The translations under genes and the position numbers were made by a program. 64,000 nucleotides of DNA, taken from Vicugna vicugna. Lineage: Eukaryota. The stretch covers positions 4,251,741-4,315,740 of the forward strand of contig MU058636.1 in assembly GCA_013265495.1 (NCBI GenBank). The letters are read 5' to 3'. The notes beneath the pieces are model-generated. The model was not told the DNA's origin, did no database searches, and was given only the letters and a program-made list of their open reading frames with translations. Shown here in pieces: positions 1 to 12,555 of this stretch; within the stretch, counting starts at the first letter, position 1; each line of letters starts with the position of its first letter.

Positions 1-404
1 ATTAAGATATGGGCTCCGTGAGGGTAAGCACTGCTAATCCTCACTGCTCAGCGTACCCCTGGTAGATACTGGGTTCTCCTACAACCAAATATAATGATGA
101 AACTACTATATTCAGCCCATCCTCTAAATGCTTACTCTTTATAACGTCAAGCATCTAGGTATTAAGGAGCAGTTTTTCCCTCTATATCACATGGTCTCTC
201 TCTCCCATCTCCTTGTCCCAGATCTTAGCTAATGCAGGCATGAGATTCTGTTTCAGCCAAAGTTTTTGGATGCAATGACTGCAGCCTCTGAATCATGGCC
301 AAGAAAGAGCTTCCACTTCACCTCATTAAAAAAAATCAGTTCTCCCCAAGTTCTAAAACCCTCCAAATGATTTTGTTCCATTAATACTCACTTAAACTCA
401 TAGG

Positions 405-1905
405 TTTTAAAACTTCCAGTTTCAGCTTTGATGTGTAAAGAGCTTGGAAGTTGTCACTCCTGTCCTTACAACAAGAAAAAGCTGGCCAAACTAAAAACCA
501 ATGACTTTTCTCAGACCTACCAGGGAGGCCATAGGGCAATATGCCACCCTAAAGTCTGGAGAGTTAGGGAAATCCAGACAGTCACAGCCAAAGACTGCTT
601 ACCTCGAGCAGACACTGCTGGATCATACTGGTGGGAACACATAAATGGAAGTGTTGATGAGCTGCTGCAGGCTGAGTGTAACCGGCATGAGAAGGAGAAT
701 TTCCTTGGGACTGCAGTGGGGGCAGGGGCGCACTTCCACTGGCTTTACCTCCACGAATCCCACCAGCTTCTGACGATGAACAGCTGATAAAGATACCCTC
801 CCAGGTCTGGCATGGAGGATGAGGAGTAATGCTTGTGCAATAGGCCCAGACCTTTTCCACAACAACAGTCTTCTCTCCAGGGGGAAAGACTTCACCAGAG
901 GCTTGCCCTAGAGCTGTGAGGGAGGGTCATCCCTTTGATTTCTGCCCCCATCTAGTCATCTCAGTCTTACCTAAGGAGCACGGCAAGTGAAACGACACAA
1001 AAAACACTTGTGGTCACAGGCCACAGACACAGGCGCAATGAAACAGACTCAGTTGGAAGATTCTAGAATGCTCCTTCTCCCATTTACTTGACCACCACAC
1101 CAGCAGGGCTCCAGGATAACAAGAGGAAAGTCACAGCTGAAAGACCAGAGGGACACGGCCTCTCTCAAACTTAACAGAATCCCAAAGTCAAGAAGGGAGA
1201 CACAATCAACACTAAAAGAATTTGAAGCACCTGGTACCTACAGCTACAGCAAGTACTAAACACAGCCCAGCCAGATTAGCAGAAAACCTCACAATTAAGG
1301 CCTATTAACCTTGCTTCCCATTACCCAGTATGTGGTATCCAGAGTTCAACAAAAAATTCCACGTCACTCCAAAAGGCAAGAGGAAAAAAAAAAGTCTGAA
1401 GAGGCAAAGCAAGCATCAGAACCAAATTCAGAAATGACACAGTTGTCAGAATTTTCAGTTCATTAAAAATAAGTCTGACTGATATGTTAAAGTCTGTAAT
1501 GGAAAAGTTAGACAATATTCAAGAAGAGATGAGTTTCTTATACAGAAATTCTAAGAAAGAATCAAAAGAAAACCGTAGAATCAGAAGCACTGTAACAGAA
1601 ATGACGCTTACCTTGGATGAGCTCAACTAGTCACAGCTGAGGAAAGAATCGGTGCGCCTTAACGCAAGTCAGTAGTTCCCAAACTGCAAATCAAAAATAA
1701 ATAATAATGAACAGAACAATTACAAAAGGTGCAAACTAAGCAGAATGAAGTTACCAAATGAACAATAAAGAGGGAAAAAAAAGCAAAAAAAATTTTTAAG
1801 AAATAAACGCTCTAAACTTTTCAAAATTTGAAAATCACTAAACCACAGATCCAGGAAGCTCAGAGTAACCACAAAACGAACCAAAAAAAAAACACCGCAA
1901 AAACA
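405..1905 (+). mobile_element. Old L1 (L1MD/L1MC-like) 5' UTR and ORF1 remnant
   Basis: The 5' portion resembles L1MD-type 5' ends. A-rich ORF1-like sequence follows (e.g. aaaccacagatccaggaagctcagag near 1840) with many stops. Confidence 0.7.
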
Positions 1906-2730
1906 GCGCCCAGAAGGTGGCGGGGGTGGGGGTGGTGGGAGGCCGCCTTACCTGAGGAGGACTGATGGTAACAGCTACCCTCCGGTGGGCTTCGCTCAGA
2001 AACCGGCAAGCACTTATCTTTTCTTTACCCGGGGGGTCGCCCGCAGGCCACGGACTGGGCTTGGTCTGGCTGAGTGGTCGGCTTTCCCAGGAAGGCAAAC
2101 AGGGCCCAGCCGGAGCGGAGGGTGCGGCGACTGACACCAGATGCGCAGTGTCGGTGACTGTGGGTCCCGTCCGCGCGGCACGGAGAGGATGGGCTGGGAT
2201 TCGCTGAGCACCACGGGTGGCTTGGAAAACCGTGGGCTAAGGCCGGATGTGCGGCCGCCGAAAGCATTCTTCCCAGAGGAAGCCTGATCTCGCGGGATCT
2301 CAGGGTTTATGCGGACCGGAAGCGGTGTCCGGGGATGAGAACCACCTGGGTGCTCTGGGTGCCGGAGGTCCTGGTCCCGGACTTGATTGGCAAAGATTAC
2401 AGCCCACGCCACCCATCAAGTAGACCTCAGCCCTCTCCAACGCCTCGTCTGCCTGTCCCTCCCGACGACGCCTCACCTCAGGGGCCAGCCAGATGCAGGG
2501 GAACGCCTCTGACCCAAAACCTGCGGAGGGGCAGGATCACCCGGTGACGGAGGAGGAGAACTGGGAATGCGCATTCAGCAAATCCGGAGCCTTCCACAGG
2601 GGCCTTTTGCAGGAAACCCCAGGGCGCCAGTCCAACCCACCATGATCCAACGATGGAGCAACGCAAACGTGGTTCCATAGCACTTCCTTGGAGCCCGCTT
2701 TCCCTCCAGCAACTGCAAGGTGGCCAGGGT
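1905..2730 (-). promoter_or_regulatory. CpG-island-like promoter with putative non-coding first exon, embedded in L1
   Basis: High GC and CpG density. ETS-like CCGGATGT (2243) and CCGGAAGC (2316), TCTCGCGGGA (2288-2297), CCAAT on minus (2386-2390), and a minus-strand donor CAG|GTAAGG at 1954-1946. Confidence 0.55.
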
Positions 2731-4510
2731 TCATCCCAAGAGAACTGTATCTAGTGAATAACCTTCAGAAGTGAGTGAGAAATGCAGACTTTCTCAGCCA
2801 TATAAAGACTGAAGGAATTCATTACTAGCAGACATTCCCTGAGAGGAATATAAGAAAATCGAAGGAACAAATAGGTGGTTCCATAATAATACTTGGAGAC
2901 TTTAATACCCAATCTAAATAATGAATAGGACAGAACTTCATAGCACAAAGAGCGAACCTTAATGTATGCAAATTAAAAAAAAATCATTTAGGAGATCGAG
3001 GATCCCAGGATGGACTGCAGAATGTGACAAAAGACTCTAAATGCATTATGAATGTATGAAACAACTTCCATGAACGGAGTGGAGGAACAAGATACTGACC
3101 TAAAATAACTTTGGAAATGAACAATCTCTAAGAGTTAAGGCAAAAGGAATTATGCATAATCTCTGTACTCTAGGTGATAAAGTTTTCCCCATGGGTTTAT
3201 GGGTTAACAATTCTAAAACCAGTATAATGGAATTGAACAATCAAGTAAATGGGTGGGGAGTAGTGAGAGCAAGGTTTCTCACTTTTGGAGTGGTAATTGA
3301 CAGATAAACGAGGGAAGGAGGCTAGAAGGATCCATGTGGTAATGGGTTAGAGATGGAGACATCGATATGAACTCATGTTTAACTTAATACAGATACTGCT
3401 GATTACATGTAGAATATTTATAGATGTGTATGTACACGCAGGTTAATATATACGTAGGTATCTCCTTGCCCTGTCAGCCGGGAGGGCCTAGAAGTAATGG
3501 CTAACATGCTAGTGGCAACAAGCATTACCTACCACCCAGATCTTGGTTTCTAATACAATTATCCAGTGAGAGAAACCAGGGCTCCTTGTAGGAGTAATTG
3601 ATTCTGGGACTGGATGAGAAAATATGCAAGATGGGCCTAGAGCATATTGTAGTTAGTGCCAACCATTAACACAGTTTCAAATTAAAAAAAAATATAGTGA
3701 TAGAAATATATAAAAGGGACACAGAAGCCAACTGAAAGAGCTTCAGCGACCAAAGATGGAACAATTTGAGCAACAAAATAAGTATAGCAGAATAAAATAA
3801 ATATACATGACTTCACAATAATAAAAATGACTGAATAAGGAAAAATAGAAATCTCCCAAGCAGAAGAATTCTGAATAACTTATGTACATACTCTACCATC
3901 AAGGAGATGGAGCATAACTAACTACGCTTAAGTGTGGGCTTCACATAGTGACTTTCTGCCAAAGAGTACAGTATGGACAGGGAAAAATCATGTGGAGAAA
4001 CCCAAGCACTACCTCAGGTGATCGAGGTCAGCAGCAACAATAAGTTATGTACCCTTGATGTGATGTCATGGGAATGGCACTTTACTTCTCTGGTTTTCCT
4101 CCAGAAAAACACACGTCTATCATGAGAAGAACAGCAGAAACTCTCAACTGAACGACCATCTACAAATACATGATTGGTAATTTTTGAAACTGTCGAGGTC
4201 AGCCAAAACAAGAAAGTACAAGAAGCTGTCACAAGCAAGATTACATGGTAAATAACGTCATGTGAAATTCTGCATAGGATCCTACAATGAAAAATTATAG
4301 TAGGGAGAAATGGAGTAGATCTGAAGAAGTTATGGACTTTAGTTAATAATAATGTTCAGTATCAGTTCATTAGTTGTGACAGGTGTACCACACTAATGTA
4401 AGACGTCAATAATAAGGGAAACGGTATGGGGTATATGGGAACTCTCTGCATTATGTTTGCAATAATTCTATAAATCTAAAACTGTTCTAAAAGAAAAGCT
4501 TAATTTAAAA
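2730..4510 (+). mobile_element. Old L1 continuation: ORF1 end plus L1MD-like 3' end
   Basis: ORF1 C-terminal-like sequence at 2735-2860. The 3' UTR ends in ggaactctctgcattatgtttgcaataattctataaatctaaaactgttctaaa followed by an A-rich tail. Confidence 0.75.
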
Positions 4511-6032
4511 ACATTTCTTCCTGATATCTGAATGAGTCACAAAGCAATGGATAATCAAAAATCACTTTAATAATAAATGTTACTTATATCACACATTAAA
4601 CATTTTTTAATGATTGACTTAGTATGGGTTTCAGATGTAATTTAAATAACATTTTTATTTCATTTATAAAAAATCGCCTTGATTAAATAACATTTACTTC
4701 CATGTTCATCAAACCACACTCAGGAAAATAAGAAATTGCATGAAACCAGAATTGTTCAAGAAAATTTAGAGGAATGTAGAGATGACCACAAAGTTAGCGG
4801 TTGCATATGCCCATCAGGAATGCCAGCAGACAGCCTGCCTAGTCCTCCAATGATGGTGGTTCTTCAGGGCTTGCCGTTTCTTAGCTGTGCCACACATGTC
4901 CCTAAACGGAACTCAAAACTCATCCGTGGGGACCACCATTAAAATATTCTGCAGCATGCCTGTCCTCCCCTCACAGAGTATTTCTGGAGGCTTGAATATT
5001 GACTGGATTTTACTTTGTGATTCTTTAACTATTAACTCCTTAAGAAACTTCTAGATTCTCTTAATAAGTGAGAACTGGCTTGGCTATTGGATGTTAGATG
5101 TCTTTCTCTCTTTCCTCTTTTAAAAAATTTGGTCAAAGAATTATCTTTGATTTCTTGCTTCCTAACAGCAAAATTACAATTCAACCAGCTTTCCAATACA
5201 AAGGTATGCTATGTATTTCTGCATTTCTTCCCTCTGCCTCCCATTTTCCGATCTGGGACAACAATGATTCCTACTTAGTGAATGACAATAGGTTAGATTC
5301 ACATGAAAAGCACAATGTTAAATGATATATAAATTCACCAAAGTCATCCTGATGAAAATTAAAATATTTGAACAAACTTCAAAATATCCAATTTCAGTAG
5401 GTTTAGGCACTGAAAATGTTTGAGCACATCCAACCTATAACTCTATCTACATAGCAACAAGCAATATGGACTTCGGATTGTGTACTCAGAGATGATAGTC
5501 ACTAATTCTCAACATAGAGATAACCATAAATGTAGTTACATGTCATGGTTGCATCTTTTTCTGAAATGGCACCAACAAGTGGTCTTTCTATTTTGTTTAT
5601 TAGATTACTGAAAATTTCCAGGTCGCCATTTTCTATTCCTTGGCAGTGCCTGAGGATGCAATATTTTCATTCCTCCCAGATCAAAATACACCTAATCTCC
5701 CTTTTGGAGATAATTTAACAAACATATCTATGCCCTTATGCTATAATGACATTTTTGCTTAATGACATTTTTGTTTTAATGACAGCTCTTGGAAATTTTA
5801 TTCCAGAGGAATGAGTCTAATGGTAGGAAATCCATGAAGATTGTCTGGGGAAATGTTTTGGAGTAGGTCGACCTTTTAAAACATTTCAAATCTTTCATCC
5901 AGCCTTATTTAGACTTAGGGTGGACAAACTTGATGTATATATCAATTGTTTTTATGGAGATTTAATTGTTTTCTGAGGAAAGATGAAAATGTGAATTATT
6001 GTGATTACAGAGCCAAGGACAAATGGCCTAGA

Positions 6033-6343
6033 TCAACACTATCCAAGATAAATATAACATAAATTATGTATGAAGTTTACAATTTTGTAGAAGTTATATT
6101 AAAAATGTAAAAGAGGTAAAATTAATTTTAATGACATAATTTATTTAACTCAGTATATCCAAAATATTATCATTTCAACATATAATACATATTTTAAAAT
6201 TCTCATCAAGATATTTTAATTCTTTTTCATATTGTCTCTGAAACCTTGTGTGTTTTATGCATACAGCATATCTTGATTTGGACTAGCCACATTTCAGGTG
6301 TTTAATAACCACCTATGTCTAGAGGTGGTATAGACAGTGCTGG
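6033..6343. mobile_element. MER33/MER3-like hAT-Charlie non-autonomous element
   Basis: AT-rich body with ggactagccacatttcaggtgtttaataaccac and a terminal agacagtgctgg. Confidence 0.7.
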
Positions 6344-6399
6344 TATAGACATAGTGGCGTTTAAGAGGAGGCAGCTGGATTTGGATGGTTTAAGAGTTG

Positions 6400-6625
6400 G
6401 AGCCAACATGGTATAATGGGGAAAATGTGGGGTTTAGTCACCAATATTCAAATTCCAGCTTCCACAATTAATTAAGAACCTTTAGAAAAACTGCCTTAAA
6501 TGTTTTCATGTTTGTCAAATACAAATCATGTTATTTAATGGGGTTATAGGTAAGACTAGATAATGTGCATAAATAAGATAATGTGCATAAATCTTTGGCT
6601 ACACAATATTCATTAAATCTTATCT
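6400..6625 (+). mobile_element. MIR SINE (degenerate)
   Basis: ttcaaattccagcttccac core and a gataatgtgcataaa 3' part. Confidence 0.55.
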
Positions 6626-6664
6626 TGAATCTTTAAGGGGGAATATGTACTGTGATTTATTAAT

Positions 6665-7600
6665 TCTGCAGCATGTATTTATTGACCAACTACTCTAATG
6701 TTATATATCAGTGAGCAACAAATTCTACTAAGAAAGTAGAGGAAGACAGACAATAAAGAAATAAAGTATGTTGTAATCTGTTGGAAGATGATAAGTGCTA
6801 TAGGAAAAATAAAACAAAGCAAAGTAAGGGGGATCAGGTATGAAGAAGATGTGGCATCATTTTAAATAAAGTGGTCAGGCTGATTGAGGAGAAGACATTC
6901 AGGCAAAGACTAAAGGAAGTGAAGGAGTTGAACATGTAGACTTCTGAAGGACAAACATGCCCAGAGGGGAAGTGGCTGGAGCAAAGACCCTGAGGTAGGG
7001 TTGTTCCTGGCATGTTTGAGGAACATCAGGGATAGCATATGGCTGGCGTGCAGGGAGTGAGAGGGAAAGAGATAGGAGATAAAGTCAGAAAGGTCCTGAT
7101 CACGTGGGGCTTGTAAGCTAGTGTAAGAATTCAGGCTTTCACTCCAAGTGAGATAGGAGCTACTGCAAGATTTTAAGTAGGGACCGACATGTTCTAACTT
7201 CCAATTTAAAAGTATCACTCTTACAGCTGGGTTGAGAATAGGTTATGGGTGGCAAGGGTTGGGGGCAAGTGGTACGTGGAGTAAGGGGAGAAGCATAGAG
7301 ACTGGTTAGGGGCTCCTGCAGTCATCAAGGAGGAATGATGGTGGCTTGGACCAGAGTGGTGGTAGAGTAGTCGTGGAAGTGATGAGTCTCTAGATCTACA
7401 CTGAAGGTAAAACCAACAGTATTTCCCAATCCTTTGGTTGTGGAGTATGTTATCAAGAGAGAAGCATCAAAAATGACACTAGCATTTTAAGAATAAGAGA
7501 CTATGTATTTTTCACTAACTTAAATGACAAGACCAAAGGAAGAGCAGTTTTGGGGGGAAGAGCAGCAGTTCTATTTAGGATGCACTAGGTCAGAGATGTG
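6665..7600 (-). mobile_element. L2 LINE 3' fragment
   Basis: Typical antisense L2 text: tatttattga..., gcaaagaccctgaggtagg, tggtggcttggaccagagtggtgg. Confidence 0.75.
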
Positions 7601-10319
7601 CCCCTCTTCCCATGTGGCTCCCGGAACAACAGCAACAGGTGAGAGTTTACAAGTTTCCCTCTCTGGGGAAACCAATAAGCCACCAAGAAGAAGACACGTA
7701 GGGGTCCAAGAGTGGGAAATCTGTTATCAAAATTTCCCATTAGACTATTTCACTGAGAAGCTCCTCAATAGATAGGCATTTGTCAATTCTGAAGCTCATT
7801 TTGTTTTCTATTTCAAGAACTTTAACAACTTTTGAGGTGCATTTTAAAATAGTAAACATTGTACAGTCACCAATGGCCATGCACGGTCATGAAGTGGACA
7901 TCACTGACTGTGCAGTACAAAGCTGGTTTTCATCCCTGATAATGAAACTAATTTGACACCTGTAACCCTTCACTGAATATTGATGTAACTGAAAATTATA
8001 ACCTAATTATATATATGAAGACTGACTCTTCATATTCTGTTAAAGTTGGAAGTCAATAATGTTCAATACCAAAAAACCTCAAAAAGCAATAGAAGCTATT
8101 TTCACTATAAACTATATGGAATCATAGATCCTTCTATAGCTTTGCTACAACAAGTAAAATAAACGATAAAAAACAGGACATGATATAATGCTGCAACATG
8201 CTTATGCTTTGAATCATTCCAGAGATCTGTCCTTCCAAAAGTCATCTTCCACACCACTACTAGAAGAATTTTCTAAACCTTCCTTACATTTTGACTATTT
8301 CCAGAGATCTGTTTTGAAATTTTTTCACAAAGTTTTCACATCTTTTAAGCAATGCAGAAAGCCCATTGCTTAAAGCATGGGGCTGTCATGGGGGCTAAAG
8401 CCTTGAAGGAAAAGAGAAACTCCAGGAATCCAGGAAACCCTATGGGAAGTGAATAAATTTGCCACTTGTTTCCCTCAGGGAGGCAGCTCGGATAGACACT
8501 GCTGTAATTATTACTGACTTGAAGAAAGATACTCTTGAGTCTAGCAACTGAGTGTTCCTTGCCAACTCCACAGCCCACTGACAGCTGCTAATAGACCTAC
8601 ACGTGGTCCACGTGGAATTCTCTGAGACTAGTGGAGTTGAGCATCAATCTTCAAGTGACTGAAACTAGGTTCATTGTTCACAGCTTATCTGGAGCTGGGT
8701 CCTAGACAGGGATTCACACTCTTTTGTTGTTCTATAAATCAGAAACCTGTAATTGTTCAATATGGCAAAGCAAGGAATACAATATTTTCTAGAGGAGAAA
8801 CTGGAGGGAAAAATAGTCTAAGAATGCCAAGTTGATCTGATGCTAAATCAAGGGAAGGATGTACATTTATAGTAAAAGTAAAATCTGAGTTACAATGATG
8901 AAAATAAGAAGTTCAAGCTGCTGAAGCCATTGAAGCAAACTTAAAAAAAAAAAAAACAACAAAGAAGAGAAATGTGTTTGTCTCATCCAGAAAGATGAGA
9001 TAATCTGAAAAATAAACCTTGAAAGATGTAATCAGTCATATAACCCTCAAGGGAGAATGCACAGAAATGTCTGTTTCCAGCTACACAAAGTCATTTCCAT
9101 AAGAATAACAATGCAACCACAAATCTTTAGAGTATGCATAGATGAATGAACAAAGAAGTGGGTAAATACAGAATTATTCAATAAGGCAGAACAAGAAGCT
9201 AGAAAAATGAGAAAAAGTGGAAAACTGTGGTGCACAGGGCACTAATCCAATAGTGGGAAGAAAAAAACCAATCTGCTATCAGAAGAGTATATTTCAGAGG
9301 ATCAGGAAAAAGCAAACCAAATACAGCAAATCCAAAGCACAAAGCCAGAAGACATTGTTAACAACAAAAACTGTTTGATAATCTTGTTTTGTTTTGTTTG
9401 TTCTTTTTTTTTTTTTTTGATGGGGTTGGGATGAGGATTTTTACTACTGGTATCACTCTGGTTAGGGAAATCTCGTAAACAAACACCCACTCTCATAGAA
9501 ACAGCTAATTTGGAGGTAGCTGTATCCTAAGAGTGTAACAAAGAAATCCACCCTCAAAATTGCAAACTTTACTAGTGGCTTTTTTTTTGAACACAGCTAC
9601 TCCACCAAGTGGGAAATAACTGAATGGAGGAGGGGTTGACAAGCAAATGGCTTTTCTAAAAATTTTTTTAGGGAGTGGAATATAAAGCTGCATTCATTTT
9701 CCAGCCTGAGAGAATAGCTGAATACAGTGACCACGTTCCACAGTGTCACCTAGTGGTCTTGAGGGACGGGATCTTGAACAGAAGCACAAACTGGTAAATG
9801 TACAGCTGGCTTTGGAAGCCTGTCATCTCAGAAAGCAGTCTTCTCTTTTGCTTGGGGTAGGGGGTTGAAAAGAATTAATAGCTGACTTCACTAAAACCAC
9901 AGGGCAAAAACTTAAGCCTCACTTACGCTGTGTGTTTCACACCACTGACCTCACTTACTTTTATAAGCCTAAAACCAGAGCTTTGAAATCAGGTTTCCAC
10001 ACACCTGATATAAAACTCCTCGGTCAGATGTTTTTGAGATCTCTGAGAACCAGATAGAAAAAATATCAGCTAAATAGATGCATGATTTTATGCAAAAGTC
10101 ATTTCCAAGTTGTGTAGAACTGATTTGTACACAAATAGCCTCATTCTCAGGTTCCAATCTACTGTGTCACCTAAGTTGGTTTGTCATTTGATTACAACAC
10201 CATGGGCCTCACTGATGCGGAAATGTTTGGTTCAGGACATTCTCCGTTGTTTCCAGAATCATTGCAACTCACTTACCTGCCCGTAGCCTGGACCCTACAG
10301 AATTTATCACCCACACTTT

Positions 10320-10820
10320 CTAAAGCATAAATGTGATTGTCTTGTTCTTGGCCTTGAATCCTTTATGGCTTTCTCTTTGCCCTCAGCAGAAAGCTCAAAT
10401 TCCTTAAGGGACATGCAATGCCTAGGACTCACCCCTGCCCACCTCCCTGGTAGAACCAACCACTCCTTTTCGTACTCCACACCCAGCCAGACAGAGTCCT
10501 GTTGTGCACACTTGGACCCTGGCCTGTGGTTCTCCCTGCTGCAACAATCTTCCCCACCCTCTCTTGACCTGTGTTATTCCTGCTCATCCTTCATCCTTCC
10601 CCCACCTCAAGCTTGAGTTAGGGGCCTCTCCCACACTCCCCTAGGGTATTCCACATGACCCACAATATGATAAGTAATACTCTGTTTGATACTTATTCCT
10701 CCATCAAACTACTAACACCTGGAGTGTCTTACAGCTCCAGATCTCTAGTGCCTGGAAGAGTGCCAGGGCCACAGTTAATCCTGATAAATATTTGAATAAA
10801 AGGAGTCACGAATGCTTGAA
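10320..10820 (+). mobile_element. L2 3' fragment
   Basis: Pyrimidine-rich L2 body ending in ataaatatttgaataaa. Confidence 0.55.
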
Positions 10821-11399
10821 TCAATGCCCTGCTTCTCTGTCCTCTAGCATATCCAGCCAATCAACTTAGTTCCAAATATAAATGTGACCTGATGTTTAGT
10901 GGGACTCACTTGTGACTATTAAACCACAGAGGCATAGACAAAGAAGAAGGTATGACACATCTAAAGAGAACCCACAACAATAAACGCCAGGCATCCATCT
11001 CCCACCCCACTAAACACAACCTACTTTCAGCCCCTGCAAGGCTGCCCTGGGAAGAGGTCTTGGGAGAGGGAGGAAAGGGGCCACCACTCTCAGCCTTATG
11101 GGGGCTGTAGTGTTCATGTAGCATGTACCCCTCTTCCTCCAACATCAAGTATTGGATCCTCCACAGCTACCAGAACCGAACTCTGTAGAGGCACTGAGTG
11201 AATCCTGCTCTTCAATGCATCATATAATAGTCTCCTCTGATGTTGATTCTGCTCATATCTAACCATATGTGTCTGAGTTAAGGAATACGTGAGTGGTATA
11301 GAAAAAGTGTGTAGGGGGAGGGCATTTAATTCTGAAATTTCCAGTAAAAATGCCACATTGGCATGTAGAGGAATTACTTAAAAATTAACCCTAAATTCC

Positions 11400-11760
11400 T
11401 AGATCAGTGCACAGAAGTTCTCAAATATCTAAGGAAATTATTTCACTTTAGAAAATTCCTATTTGGAATTATTTTCACTATATTGTAAACACAAAATTCA
11501 TTTTGATTCCTTTACATTTACCTCAGTTGAGGAGAGCCTTCTATTTGGTAAATTAATTCAAATATGGACTCCTAAATTCCTTTGATGAAGAAGTTGGTGG
11601 CTTAGATACTATTTCACTTTTCCCATTAAAAAACAGTATCAGATGCTTGGAAAGGCTCTCCCTTGATAGATAGTGATGATTTCCATTTGTTGAAATTGAT
11701 TTCTTTTGATTTACTCCCTATCAAATACTGGTACTGAAAGAATTTTTAGTATCAAAGATG
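11400..11760 (+). mobile_element. Decayed Penelope-like RT fragment, copy 2
   Basis: LYCKHKIH (11478-11501) and FDEEVGGLDTISLFPLKN (11581-11634). Clearly similar at nucleotide level to 12878-13022. Confidence 0.55.
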
Positions 11761-12404
11761 ATCTAAGGAATTAATATATTAATATATTTGATGCTGAATA
11801 AATAGAAATTTTTACGTTCTTTTCACTTGTATCAAAGTAAAGGAAGTAAAAGTTTGTGTAATCAAATATGATATAAACTTTTATTTCAGATCTTACAGAA
11901 AATGTTTGGAGGCAATAATAGATTTTTACCTTATGGGAGTAGGATTTTTGCTGGACTACTAACAACTCTAGTAACAGATTGAAATTTTCTCATTGGATAT
12001 GTCAAGCCTGGGACTGTCTTCCCCAAAGAAATTTATATGAATTACTTTTTTATATTTATTTGAAACAGAGACTTAGTTGGCTTTGTAAATATCTTGAGCG
12101 GCCTTTGTTAATATCTTCATGGAAGATAAACTCCAGTTCATACTCTAGTTCATGCAGGAATGGTACTTCTGCCATTAGTGTCAGAATTTCCTTGCTTGTC
12201 CCATCCCATCCCATCCTAAAGATATTTTATGATATCTGAAAAAACCTCTCATATGCTGTTCAACCACAAGATAACTAACTTCAGAAAGATCCAGAGGGTG
12301 GAGTGAAAATATCCTTTCCATTATATCTGCTGAAATGTTGAACATTAATTACCCACATTTATTTGATTTATAAAAGTATGTTCCTCATGCTCAAAATTTG
12401 ATTG

Positions 12405-12555
12405 GAACCAAACTGAAGTATGGAATTGGAGGTCCTGTATTCTTGCTCTCTCTTGGTAACTAACTGTGTGATTATGAACAGGATCTCTTTTTCTGGGCCT
12501 CAGGTTTCTCATTTGTGAAATGAGTTGAAGTACAAAATTTCTAAGATCTTTTAAT
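12405..12555 (+). mobile_element. MIR SINE inserted in the PLE-like fossil
   Basis: ctgtgtgattatgaaca...ctgggcctcaggtttctcatttgtgaaatg core. Confidence 0.7.

Larger units (their letters stand above)
4730..8830 (+). mobile_element. Decayed Penelope-like retroelement, copy 1 (RT plus GIY-YIG endonuclease remnants)
   Basis: Ordered translated motifs, with frameshifts: LQGLP...VPKR (about 4860-4910), LDVF(S)LFP (5094-5120), FQYKGMLCISAFLPS (5191-5235), YGDLIVF*G (5953-5979), YQKTSKSNRSYFHYN (8067-8111), MLQHAYALNHS (8188), FYK..TCNC (8730-8756), RGETGGKNSLRM (8791-8826). Confidence 0.55.

Noticed and set aside
1838..2734. Several overlapping ORFs in the first CpG island
   Set aside because: GC-rich DNA is depleted of stops, and there is no protein similarity.
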